Source of the DNA: Geosiphon pyriformis uo1
Lineage: Eukaryota > Fungi > Glomeromycota
DNA: 64,000 nucleotides
Reading direction: 5' to 3'
NCBI GenBank assembly: GCA_016748015.1
Contig: JAAOMT010000349.1
Location: 64,812-128,811 of the forward strand
Shown: positions 1-13,700 of the stretch, one piece after another
Position numbering within the stretch: position 1 is the first letter of the stretch
Layout of the letters: the number at the start of each line of letters is the position of its first letter
Position numbers and translations under genes: made by a program
The notes under the pieces: model-generated
Told to the model about the DNA's origin: nothing
Databases searched by the model: none
The model's input: only the letters and a program-made list of their open reading frames with translations

Positions 1-840
1 TGTTTTTTTGTTGTTTTATTTGTAATAAATTCTATAATTAAATTAAAACTAAACTTTTTAAAATTTCAGATTTTAAATCTGACTATTCTAATTAAACTTG
101 TTATTAAACCAATTGGTTTTTTGGTTACTTTAGTTATTTTTCTTTTAATTAAGAATATGCACAAAAATTTTAAAATAAAAAAAACTTATTTATTATGTTA
201 AATATTTTTTAAAACTTTATTAATCTTTTAGTTATGTATTTAAAAACTTTTTTAATTTTAAAACTAAAATAAAATTTAGTAATCTAAATGTTGATAAAAA
301 TGATACTGTTAAAACATTTTTTTTAAACAATAATATTATTATAATTCAGAAAAAACAATACTTTTATACAAAAAATTACAACACATATTATAAAAATTAG
401 TATTAAAATTATATAAAAAAAACTAAATATTAAAGTTAATTTAACAAATATTAACTGGCAACAAGAAAATAAAAAATTAACAATTAGCTTAATTATAATA
501 CAATTTAATTGAAAATTTAAATTAAATACAAAAAAATTTTAATAAACTAAAAAATACCAATAAAAATTAAAAATTAACATATATAATCTGATAACAGATT
601 TTATTATGCTCTAAAATTTTTATACACTCTTATTTATACAGTTTAATATTTTAAATTTATAATTATTATCCAAAAATAATTATTAAAAAATATAAATAAT
701 TAATTTATATTTGATTATATTGATTATAATTACAAATATTATTAATAATATATTATTACAGTTGAAAATCATAGTTTTTATTAGTTATTACATATATTAG
801 CTACTAATATTACATAATTAGTTATTCTATTTTTAGATAA

Positions 841-948
841 TAATCAATAATTTAATTAATAACTTAATTATTAACTTAATTATTAACTTAATTATTAATC
901 TAATTAATGATTTGATTATTAATTTAATTAATAACTTAGTTGTTAACT
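841..948. repeat. 12-bp tandem repeat, about 9 degenerate units (consensus TAATTATTAACT)
   Basis: Units in 12-bp register from 841: taatcaataatt, taattaataact, taattattaact x2, taattattaatc, taattaatgatt, tgattattaatt, taattaataact, tagttgttaact. Confidence 0.75.
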
Positions 949-2360
949 ACTTTTAATAATTATATAAGCAATAAATCTTTTAACTGTAAAAGAACATAAT
1001 CAAAATAACAATATAAAATTTACTATTAATTATTTTTTTTATATCACTTATTTCTTTTTTTTTATCTTTAAGTATTTAAATATTTTGAAATAAAAGATTA
1101 CTTATTGGCTTTTATATATTTTATTTTATTTTTTTCTTGATTTGTATTGTTAGAATTAATTTAAGAAATAATTGTTTGTCTTTGTGATTTATTGAATAAA
1201 GAAATAATTAAAAACCACAATAATACTTGTTATTAATTTTAAAAATTATTAAGTTAAGACATAAAATAATAGCAGTAATATTATCTTATTAACAATTATA
1301 GACTATTTTTTTACTTTCAAATTTCCAGAAAAGATTCACAATTGTGATTTTTATAAAACTAATTATGTATATTAAATTTTCACTTATTTAATTTACTTTT
1401 TTATTGTAATTTTCTCTTTAATTAATTTCATCATTTTACAATTCTGTTTTTTTACTATCTATTAGTTTGTTATTTCAATCCATAATAATATAATTAAAAT
1501 TTTAAATCTAGTTATCTAAATTTGATCTTTTAAATTATTAATTTTTAAAAAAATAACATATTAAGTCAGTTTATAACTAAATTAATTAATTTAATATATA
1601 TAAATAGTTAATATACATAAAATAATTTTAATATAATATGTAAATTTTATGTAATTTAACTATATATACAATATTTTTATAAATTAAAAAAAGCATTAGT
1701 CTTATATTGAATCAATTTTTATTATAGTTTTATTATAAATAATAGATTTTTTATTTATTTATTTATTTTTTATTATTTTGTATTTTATTTTTTTTATATT
1801 ATTATATATATACTTATTTTATTATAAACAATTAGTTATAATTATGTTATTTAGTATTATTTTATTAAAGAAAAATAAAAAACATTATCAAAAAATTCTA
1901 TATTAAAACATATTAATTAAATATTTAAATAATATTATCTTCTATTTATGTTATTTTTTTATGACTTCTTAATAACTTTTTTTAACTTTATTTTCTTAAT
2001 TTAAATATTTAAATATTATATTTTTTTGATGATTAATTGCAAAAATTTTGGTTTGATTTTAATACAATAATTTTGGTTTTTTTTGATAGTTTTAATTATT
2101 TTATATATTTTTTGTAAGAATAAATTATTATTATTATTATTATTAAGATTTAATAAGTGCAGTCCAATCACTACTTAAGTACATAAAATTAAACAAAATT
2201 TTAAATTAAATGTGGCTTATGCTTTTTCTACATATTACCAGTCATTCGGACCAGTTAAGACAGCACTATGTACACATAGGATCTATTAAAGGAACACTAC
2301 TTAAGAAATTAAATTTCAAACCAGATAAACAAAAACACAAACCAAAACACACATAAATAT

Positions 2361-5300
2361 CTAACCTGACACTAAAGCTGCAGATAATTCAACAGCCCAA
2401 AAGTTTGACAAACCAGTAACCAATGGTACAATAGATTTATTACATAATAAAAGATTATGCTTCTTATAAAAGACTTTCAATTTGACAACAGACAACCAAA
2501 TACTAGACTTATGACTTTTGGCAATACTGCAAACCAATTTGACAATCAAATTGCCACTAGTTACAGAGCTGAAATAATGAACAGTATCAGTCATCCAGCT
2601 TCTCAAGACAAACCTCTTGACCAATAATATGTATAAATTACTAGATGCTTCAGCTTTATACAAGGATTAGATAATTACACTTTCCAAAGCAAAATTACCA
2701 ACCAGCTTACACCACTTTACCTTAATGTTTGATAATAAATTCTTTTTGGCATTGTCATTATGTGTACATAAAAACAAGTGATCAGAATCCTTAACCATCT
2801 TACACTTAATACATACTATGCTAGAATACTTAAAATCATATAATCTCTTCCTCATAGCAACCAGCAGATAACAGTACAGAGCTTTTATTAGATAAAACCA
2901 CAGAGAAGCTAAAAATGAACTGGTATAACCAGAATGAATTCTATTATCAAGATGTCAAACACTGAAGGTTTTGGTTGTATTAATATTGCCAACAATGCCC
3001 ATATTTATGAAGCAGACAGCACACTTAGATTTCCAACTTACAAAATTGACAGTATTAAACAAACTCCTAACAAAATAACATGCATTCTTAAAGACAAGTC
3101 TGTTTTTAATACTAAGGAAGTAACATGGCATGCTTAAAGACAGTACAAACCTAAAAAATTCACTTGCTCATTTTCAATAATGCCTGAATGTTTTTTGACT
3201 TTTTTTCACAGGACTAACAAATTCTTTTTAGAAATATTTTAAAGAATATGCTCTTTCTCAATCCAATACTTACAGCAAAAATTAAGACCAGACATATCTA
3301 CATCAAACATACATATATCCAGTAATGCCTGACTGTTTATAAACAAGGTGACAGTGCTAGAAACAGATATGTACTCTAATGCCAAAGCAATAGCTTGTAG
3401 TTTCACCAAAATAGAGGACAATAAGCCAATAATTTTTATGCCAACACTTATGTTAATCTTTGAAAAATAAGCTGTAGTACCACCATAGGCATCAATAAAC
3501 CCCAAATTTCTGACAGAACCATCAGTATAAACATCAATAAAGCCATGCCTGAAGACAAATAAATGTTTAGAAACAAAACCAATATTACAAGGGAAGTTAA
3601 TGGAAATAGAATAAGACACCATAGTTATGCTATTACTCAAACCATTATTTATGACAAAATCAGTAATGAAGATAAACCAGGCAGAAATTAGGCTTTTAGA
3701 ATTAAGCCTTTTCTATTTGTGAAAAGTATTCTAAGTGAAGCACTTGTCATAACAATCCAGAAGTTGGTTAACAAAAATAAGGCCAAATTTCTTGAGTGAA
3801 GTCTTCACACCCAGATAATCATCCAGATTTACCATATCCAAGATTGGTACACCAGTCTCAATTCAAAAAACATTAGAAAAACCACCACTCAAAGAAGTGT
3901 TGCACAAAACAAGAACATATGTAGCACTAACCAGAAAGCAATTTATAGGATTAATAAATAACTTGACCAGAAAATAGAGAGAATGCTGGGGTATCTAACT
4001 GGTCATCTGCAAATTCATTACTCTATGATCAAAAAACCTGTCAAGAACTCTACCAGCATTGCTAAAATTGACCAGATTGGCCATCAAATTTTCAGTAAGC
4101 ATCTGTTCAAAAGATTTCAGGCCATATAACTCAGGATAATACAGTGCTTTACTAAAAAAGTCTCTAGGCAAATTTGCCTTTAATTTAAGCTCTTTCCTTA
4201 ACACTTTGTCTTATTTTTTATAAACACTCTTAAAGACAAAGCTAAATTAAAGTTTGTAATCAACAATAGACTGCAAAAACCAAATACAAAAATTGCTTCT
4301 CAGTGATAACCTTCCTTAAAACCACATTTGAAAAGAATTTGACATCAACATAAACCTTGATTAAACTTAACTTGAACAAACCATTAGTTAACAAAAAAAT
4401 TTCCAAATACCAATAAGACTTGTCTTTCTCTGCCACTGAAATTTTTGAACTATTAATGGACAATACAGCCTCTTAAACACCTTGATTGATAGGAATAGCA
4501 ATCATTTTTTTAGTGTTTATTGAAATGTTATTAATAGAGAAAAATTCACTGGCTATATTCAAAATGTTTTGTATTGTCATTAAGCAGTTTCCAATCCAGA
4601 TTGTGTTATTAACAAAGGCTTTTGCAGCAAAGAACAAAGTCATGTTATTACTCAAATCAAGTTTGTTAGATCTTGTGTAGAACTTAAAACACATTCTGTA
4701 ACCATACAACTGTTCATGTTTTTTGACTTCACAGAGCAATAAGTTATAAAAAATTTGCCATAGTAATAGTGAGAACACTTTTTCTTGATTCAGACCATCA
4801 TGCACAACATAACCATTAGACAAACCAAAATTTGTTATAATTTGGTTAAATCTATTATTGTATATGCTACCAAAAAAGTTAATGAAATGAGAACACATTT
4901 TGATCCTGGCTAAACTATTGAGCAAATAAGATCATCTAACAGAATTGTATGTCTTGCACATATTCTGGAGGACCAACCACAATTCTCTGTTCTTTTTTAA
5001 AGCATCTTTAATAATTGAGCCAACAACAAAAATTGGAATTTGTGTAGAAGTGCTCTTTAATACTGAAAAATTGTTATCATGCAAAATGTCAAACCTGTTT
5101 CAAGCCAGAAAGATCTTGTCCAAAAAAATTTTAGACAAAATTTTCCATGCAGTCTCAATCAATACAATCAGCCTAGTATTGGTGAGAGTACTCTCCCAAT
5201 TGTATGGTTTAGAAATTATGAAAACCCAGAACTTCCTCCATTATACAAGAACTCCTTCTGATTTTAAATATTTGTTAAAATGCTCAAAAGACTATTAAGA

Positions 5301-6914
5301 ACTAGAAAATTACTATGTTTTCAAAGCTCATTAGAAATACCAGAAAGCCTAGCAGCTTTCTCATCAGACAAGTTTTTGACAACCCACAAAAGTTCATTCA
5401 TATTAACATTATACATAACTCTTGAGAATACTTTATTATCAACATAATTTAAAAGAGCATATTAATTAGACCAATAATTTGACAGAGTGCTAAAAACCAA
5501 GTGCTTTCTTGTCCAACCTTCTATTATTGTATCAATTGAAAACTTAACAGCTTGAGGCTCCAAGATAAGCTCATTATTAACAATTAAATAATTAAAAACC
5601 ATCTTCTTAAAAGACTGGTTCAGAATGCTCTTTATCATTCTTTCCTTATCCAAACAAATATTTTCCATGTGTTTTTTTACAGCCTTTTTGATGAAATTGT
5701 CTTTGGCAATCTTAGATTCATGATACTTGGACTTAGAGTAACTTTTCTTGACAACCAAGATGTGATGCAAAATATCCTCAACTTTGGCACTTCTATTAAT
5801 TATTAGATAAACTTTACATGTTTTCTTTTCATCCACATTAACCCAAGTACAAACAAGGTAGTCAGTCTCCAAACTCAAACCTGAATTTACATTATTGACA
5901 ATCTTAAACATCAGCAACTTCAACCTATGAAATTTTGAAGATAACTTATTTATTGTACAATTGAACTCACTGAACCAGAGTCTAAAAAAGATTTTATTAG
6001 CAAAATTAACTATTACCTCTTTGAGAATTTCTCATATTGCATCCAAATTACCACTGTATTCTACAACATAAAATTCAACAGACTTTCTCAAAAATTTGCC
6101 TGAAGAACATTCTATAAAACATTTCCACTCACTGATATTTATGTCTTTTAATCTGAATTTCTATCAATTCTTATTAGTATGTTTGCATATGCCACTCAAA
6201 TAAACATCCAAAAGACTATTCAAGCTCACCAAAACTAAAACAGCTTTGTGATCAGTATCAAAAACTCAGACACAAATCCAACTTTGTGACCAACCACAGT
6301 TAAAATCAAGTTCTTATTAACAAAAATGTAATTAATAACTTTCTTAATACTCCTTGAGTTGCTTCATATAAAAGCTTTAACTAAGAAATGTCTACCAAAA
6401 AAATTGACCAAACCCAAACCCAAACAGAATCCAAAACTTGTATTTTTCTTAGACCTACTCTTATTGAAATTACCACCCAATACAACAAAACTACTAAAAT
6501 TGATTACTTAAGCTATGAAGAAATTTATATCTGGAGCTTGGCCAAATCTGTTATCAAAAAAAGCACAAGCATATAAACCAAAAATTAAAACTAAAACCTT
6601 GCTTTTAAAAAGGAGATACACTGAAACAATGCAATCAGAAATCTTCTCTATTTTGGATAAATACTAAACTAGAGAATTGTTTATAATTATTACTACTCTA
6701 GTCCCAAAAAACTATTATCCAAACCAAATATGAAAATGCACACACCATCAAACTTGTTCATAATTTATGATCTGACATTAGACCTCAATTTTGTTTTTGT
6801 GATAATGGATACCATGTTTTCCAAATCTTTGTACTAACAAACAATGTCTTTCTGTTTTGCAGAAACATTGATATCCCAAATATTGCACATAGCAACTCTC
6901 CATATCAGATTCAT
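2361..6914 (-). pseudogene. LINE ORF2 (APE endonuclease - reverse transcriptase - RNase H - CCHC finger), disrupted
   Basis: Starts MNLIWRVAMCNI at 6914 (APE N-terminus); RT motifs DGLNQEKVFSLLLW and AFVNN (decayed AFVDD); RNase H VYTDGS...LQAIALALE; C-terminal CIKC...HLFLC. Confidence 0.9.
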
Positions 6915-6916
6915 TA

Positions 6917-8736
6917 TTAGAAAGTACAAGAAATAGGAGCCAAACCAGCATTGTCTATTTTGGCCAACAGACTCATAACTGTAATCAATAAACTGTTTAC
7001 TGTGTTTTCTAACTTTGTCATAACAGAAAAGTCAGAAACCACCACTTCTGCAATAATCTTACTACTAGTGACCATATTTGAACCCTCACTTATCACTATA
7101 TCCACTTCTTGATTCTGTGATGAAGGAGTTACCAATGACTGATGTCTAAGGCTAAGCTGAGAAACTGCTGGCCCAGATGTGTTCAATCTTTTAGCCAACT
7201 TGTTAACACGTTTTACAAGGCTGACAAAACTATGCTCAAAAGCAGCAAACTTATCATTCAACTTTATAGACAACAGTAGTGTAGTTTTTATTTCCAAAGA
7301 AAAACCAGAGTTAAACAAACCATTTTGTACAGAAAAAAAACCTACCAACAATCTTGGCCCAAAAAACACCACCAAAAAAAACAGAATGGACAATTGGTAC
7401 TAAACATTTAGCATAGATAGATGTTAGTCTGCTTTTATCTATTTTCAACAACACTTTGTAGAACAGACCACCAGAAGAAATTTTCTCATCTACAGAGCAG
7501 CCTAATAAAATATGATCCAATTTACTATATTTTACACACTTAACAGAATCCAAATAAGACCAGTGCAAATTGACATGCCTTAAAACAGACATGGTGTTCA
7601 TAATAACATCCAATGAATCAGTCAAGTCAAAACAAATAACAGTGCATCTGGTCCAGGCATATATAACAAGATGACAATCAATAACACATGTTTTCTTATC
7701 TTTAGAACCAATAAAGTCCTAAATATTATAAGCATTAGTATCTATTTGCAGTGTATAGAGCAGTGCCCTATGTCAATCTCTTAAATTCTATATTTTTTTG
7801 TCCAAATTAGTCTTAACTACTTGTACAGCATTTTTTCCAATCAAGATAGACCATCTAGAAATAACCAAATCAGCTTGATCAATCAGCTTAAATTCTACCA
7901 CAGCCTTCTGTTAAAAACCAATCAACTGCATTTTGATTAATACAACAACACTGAATTTGGATAGCACAGCATACACAGTTTTAGTCAATGTCTCAATAGA
8001 AATTTTTTTTAATACTACAGTCTGATCTGAATGTACAAAAAAATTTTTTAGATTGGTGTTTACTAGTATATTTGCAGCTCTTGCCTTTTCTATAGCCTGC
8101 ACCAAACTTGAGTTTGAAATAAAAAAGGCACAGATAATTTCAGCAAATTTTGAGAAAGTAAAGACCCCCCCCCCCAAAATTATTAATTTTTAAAAACAAT
8201 TTTCTAACTGCCATCAGCTTTTCTTGAGAGAATTTTCTAACTACTTTATCCAAACTAATATCTAAAGCAAATAATTTTCTAACTGAAATATTAACCAGAA
8301 ATTTCAAAAGAGGGGGAAGTGTTAAGAGAGTATTTAACAAAATATCATTACTATTATCAACCAAAAAATTAATTTTTTCCAACAGTTTTCTCAATGCTCT
8401 TTTAGTTAGTACTTTCAAACTCTTAGATATTTGATTCAAATTTCCTTTAGCAAGAACACCATCTTTATTATAATCAAAGCTGATTTCTTCAACCAAACAT
8501 TTCTTCTCCATATTTATACTATTAGACTCAATGATGTCATCAGTTTTAGAATCTCATGAATAACCACTCAACTCCTTAGCAAAAATCTTTCTATCTCTAA
8601 TACTATCTTCTAAAGCACCATTTCTTCTTTTCTTTTTAGACACAACAAACTTGATACCAGTACTAAAACCAAAATTTTTGAGAACTTTCTTTATAATAAT
8701 AATACTAGGGCCAACAGTGGCTTTATAATCAAGCAA
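6917..8736 (-). pseudogene. LINE ORF1 (gag-like), disrupted
   Basis: Fragments at 8736-6917 upstream of ORF2, including a decayed C-x2-C-x4-H-x4-C knuckle (CVKYSKLDHILLGC); homologous to 10941-12775. Confidence 0.75.
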
Positions 8737-9269
8737 AAATAATTTTGATTTATCATACTGAATGATAAAAAAACTTTTTTGACTTTTTTTTGAAAATTTG
8801 GGACAAAAAAAAGAAAGAAGTTTTTTTTATTTCTTAAATAAATTTTAAACTGATTTTTATTTAAAAATAAACAATAATAATTTTATGACTTTATAAATGT
8901 TTTTTACAATTTTGCTTTTTTTTATATATTGTAAAATAAATTTATATAATTATACTTATACTATAGTTAAAATAATTGTAATACATAATATTTATATTAC
9001 TAATTAGAATTATTAACATTTAAAAAAAGTGTTAAAAATTGTAATTTTAGAACTATAATAATATTTTTAAATATTTGATTGCTTTATAACAAATATGTGT
9101 TCTTAATATTAAGTATAATATTAAAAAAAATTGTTTTTTAATAAGTTTATTTTTGATAATCAAAATTTAAATGATATTATAATAAAACTTAATAAATTAA
9201 ATTTTTTTTGAATTTTTTTTAATTTAGCTTAATTAATGTTTTAATAAACTTAAGTAATTAGTTACATAA

Positions 9270-10330
9270 AACATATTTAATTTAAGTTTAGAAATCTAAT
9301 TAAACTGAACCAAATTAAATTTTTAAAATAAATTTAGTTCAAGTTTAAAGTTAAACTTTTTAACAAATTTAAATTTGGTTCAGATTTGGTTTAAAGTTTA
9401 CAAATTTATTTAAGTTTAATAAATTAAAAAAATATTTTATATTAGTTGTTTTTTAATTATTATTTTATTTAATTATAATTAGTTAAAAAAATATATAAAA
9501 ATATATATATATAACAATTTTATTTTTTAATTTACTACTCTAAATATTAATATTTTTAATAAATATAGTTTTAGAATAAAATATAAAACTATTTTAATAA
9601 GTTTAAATAAAAAAAATAAAAAAACAACTAAATATATAGTTTTAAAATATGTACATAAATTATTTTTTATGGAACTATAAATATTATTAAACTTTTATAA
9701 CATTATATATGTTATAATAAAAAAATATTATAAAAAAAAACAATATATCTAAAAATATTACAAGTCAATTAAAAAAATATTTTAACAGATAAATTGTTAT
9801 TTTTTTATAATTTTATAATTAATCTAATTAAAAAACTGCTAAAAATATATATTTAAATTATTATTATTATTAAAAATTCGATATTTAAGCATATTAAACA
9901 CAATTTTTTTGTTTTATATATATAATTTATAATTATCTGGCAATTTAAAGATTATTTGTTGCTTTTAAACATGTTTTTTTTGCAAATAAAAATATATAAT
10001 TGCAGATATAAAGTTTTGTTTAATACTTAAAATTATAAGAGCAACACAATAATTTTAATTATAAATGCAAAAACTATTAAAAAAAATTAATTAAATATAT
10101 AACATAATTTTTAATAGTCAAATTTAAACATATTCATAAACTTCAAACTAAACTTAAATTAAATTTATTGTTTAAATTTAAATTAAATTCAAATTTAGTA
10201 ATTTTAAGTTTAAATTTGATTTGGTTTAATAATTTAATTAAACTTAAACTAAACTAAATAAATATTAAAATTCTTATTTAAGTTATTTAAATTAATAAAT
10301 TATATTAAATAATATTTGAACACACTTTAA
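9270..10330 (+). mobile_element. Internally deleted, non-autonomous hAT DNA transposon
   Basis: 9290-9840 aligns by eye to 16300-16950 (subterminal AAACC(G/A)AAC-type repeats and BED region); about 9930-10070 reads NYLAI*RLFVAFKHVFF, a decayed hATC motif DYLAIxxSSVxSERxFS; second repeat cluster at 10140-10260. Termini not resolved. Confidence 0.7.
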
Positions 10331-10799
10331 AACTTAATAAAAAATAATTAATTTTAAAAATAATATAATTAAATATATAATATTAATAATTATATTTAAA
10401 ATATGTAATAATAAAAATATTTTGCATATTTTGTTATTAAAGTTTTTAAGTATTAAAAACTAATATTATTATTTTTTAAAATTTAATAAAATACAAAATT
10501 ATAAAATAAAAAATTAATAATAATTTATTTAAACTTAAAAATTTGTAAAAAATAAAACTTTAATTTTAATATCATTATAAATATATTTTTGAATTTTGAA
10601 TTTTAAATTTTTAAATTTTATAAATAATATTAATATAATTGATTTTAAAAATTTTATAATATTTAATTTTTTATAAAACTTATTTGATTATTTTTAAAAT
10701 ATTATATATTATATTATATAAAAATCAGAAAAATATTTTATTTAATTTTAAAATTATTTTTAAGTTATTATAAAAATATATTATTAAATTAAATAAATT

Positions 10800-13700
10800 A
10801 AAAAAAAAAAATTTTTTTTCTTTCATTTCAAATTTCCAAAAGAGTCAATATTTTTGAAAAATAGTTTTTCTGTTTTTACTGCAATATTTTTTACTATTTT
10901 TTAAGAAACAAACTCTTTTGTTATTAAATTGGCTGTTATTATGAGTAGTTTTATGCTCAAAAAAAAGTCAGCAAAAGTTTTAGTATCAGATTCAGTTAAT
11001 AAAAGTCTTGCTTAAAAACAAAAAATAAAACAGATATGAAATTTAGAAAAGTTAAACAGATAATTGGGCAGTTTAATAGAATAAATACTAATAAAAAAGT
11101 GCTAATAGTCTTTTTTGCTAATAAAAAAATTAATTATAAAGCTAACAACAAAAGTAAAATTTACTTTAATTCAAACATGAATACTTCTAAAGCCAAAAAA
11201 ATTAATACTGATAGAATAATTGACTTTTTTATTGGAATATTGAAATACAGTTCAAATAATAATAAAGTTTTGCTTCTTTTTTATCTTTTAATATCTTTGA
11301 ACAAAAAATAAATTAACTCTAAAATTACTAAAACTTAAATAAAAGTGCCTATTAAAAAGTCTTTTATATTAGCCATTAATATTTCAGCTGTAAAAAATAA
11401 ATTAGTAATTATAAAGACTTAGATAATTAAAATTTTTTTCATAAATTAATAGTTTTAAAAAAACCACTAGTTTTTTAAAATTTAAACAAATTATCAGATC
11501 TATATTTACATTAAAAAAAAGCATAAAGAAAGCAGTATTATTGGCCAGAAAAAAAAGAATCATTGTAAACAACAATATTAAAAAACAAAAAATTTGGTCA
11601 GATTAGGCTGTAGTAATCAAAAAATTTTTATAAATACACTAAAAAAAATAATTATTACAGCTTTTTATGAGTTTGATTAAGTAGTGTTAATCCAAATATA
11701 ATTAATTAAAATATAACAAAAAGCTGTAATAAAGTTTGCCAATTTAAGTTAGACAAATTTGTTGGCTTCAAAATGATTATTTCTAATTAGAAAAAATTCA
11801 GTATATATAACAAGAGCTATAGAAGATTGAAATACTTGGATGTTTAAGAATCAATTTAGAACACTTTTGTTTACTTTTTCTATAAGAATAACTGTTTATA
11901 ATTTTGGTGTTCTATTGGAAAAGACTGATAAGAAAACTTGTATTATTAATTGATTATTTAAAACTAGCAATAAATTTCAATATGTGGTAATTGGCTTCAA
12001 ATCTGAAAAGAAATTGGAGCCAGTTTTTTATACAGAGCCTATTTTAAATAATGTTAAGTTCTCTTAAGCTAAGATAAATTTGGTTTATTATAAAAAGTGT
12101 GAACATTTTAGACATTTGACTTTAGAGTATAATACATCAAGTACTTCTATCTTGCTTTTTAAAAAATTTTATAAAAAAATTGCTTTGAAAGAAAATCATT
12201 TTCAATTAGCCAGATTATATGTTAAAAAAAGTGTTTTTATTTTCTGTTTTGCTTTTTTGGTGACAAATTTTGAGCTCAGATAGTTTTTCTTGCTGCTTTT
12301 TTTGATAATACTTGCTCTGGTTTTGGATTTTTTTTTGATACTATGTATTAAACAAAGTCTTCTAGTTGTTTAAGATAGTTTATTTATTAGTACTTGTTTG
12401 GTGTTTTTAGAATACTTTTTAGAGTTTTTAACAAATCAAATATCAGATATTGTGCAAAGACTAAGTAATATAAATCAGGTGCTTTTGGCACTTATTTACC
12501 AACTTTTTTTACTAGTTGTTTCTGTATTAATATTTTCTAAAGTGGATTTGGACATGGTTTTGAACAATTTTTTATTACTGTTTTCTTTCTTTTCTTCAAT
12601 AATTTTGAATAAAAATTTGATTTTTAATTTAAGTAGCTCAAATGTTTTAACTACTAAAATAGGTGGCTTGAAATTAAAAATGGTGGCTTTTAAAGCTTCA
12701 ATCAATTCAATTTTAATAAGATTGAATCAGTTATATATTGGCTCAGTTTTTTTATAAATTCTTCACTTTAATAAGTAAATTTGTTTGAAAAGTAGCTATG
12801 TGTAATATTAAAGACATAAACAATATGATTAAACAAAAAGATATAATTAAATAGCACAATAAATCTGACAACTGGATTTCTATAATTATTAAGATAAAAT
12901 TAAAGAATCAAACTAAGTTTTAAATTAAAAACAGGTTTCCAGATATAAAGATTTTTATTTCTGGTCTGAATATTAATTATATGAGTTTAGATATTACAAT
13001 AGTAATAAACAATATTCTTGTTTAATATATATGCAAAGTTACTAAGATTCTCGGTCATTTTTTTTTGATCTGTTTTTTGTTTGGCAACAAAATTTCAGTT
13101 ATAATTTTGGGGCTGTATGCTAGTATTTTGACTAATAAACAATTTAATCAGGTCTTTGAGATAAACTTGTATATTACCAAGACTATTAATTTAAGCTCTT
13201 ATTTGATTTTAAGAAGTAATTTTAATAAAAATGGAATAAAACAGAATATAAATTTCAAGAAATATCTCAATCTAGATTTGTATAACTTTCTTTTGAATAG
13301 TGTGTTTGCCAAGCTTCTAATTTAGAACAATTCTAGAAATGTAAAAAAGACTATTAATTACTTAGCTATAACAGTTTTTATTAGCTTAAATAGTCTTTTA
13401 AATAGATATTTGAGTTTAATCTGTATGAATGCTAATAAAAATCATTGAAAATTTAAAATTAAGAATACAGTTAATCCTAAATAGACTTTTTTTAAAAAAT
13501 ACATTTCTGCTCAAATTTTGTTAATACTAAATGACTTTACAAATACTAAAAATCTTAATAATTTAAATATTATGTAAAAAGTGTTGAGTAAGATAATAGT
13601 AAACTCTGCTAATACAAATTTTTTTAAATATTAGTTTAGTAAGTTTGAGTGCTTAAAGTTTTAGAATCTGGAACAGTTAATTGTTAAGATAGTAAAAAAA

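Larger units (their letters stand above)
2124..8830 (-). mobile_element. Non-LTR retrotransposon (LINE 1), apparently full length, degenerate
   Basis: Collinear ORF1 and ORF2 fragments; (TAA)n tail on the element strand at about 2124-2144; 5' end motif shared with the LINE at 10800. Ends approximate. Confidence 0.9.

Noticed and set aside
2119-8844. TSD aataaatt around LINE 1
   Set aside because: An 8-bp A/T-only match in extremely AT-rich flanks is not distinguishable from chance
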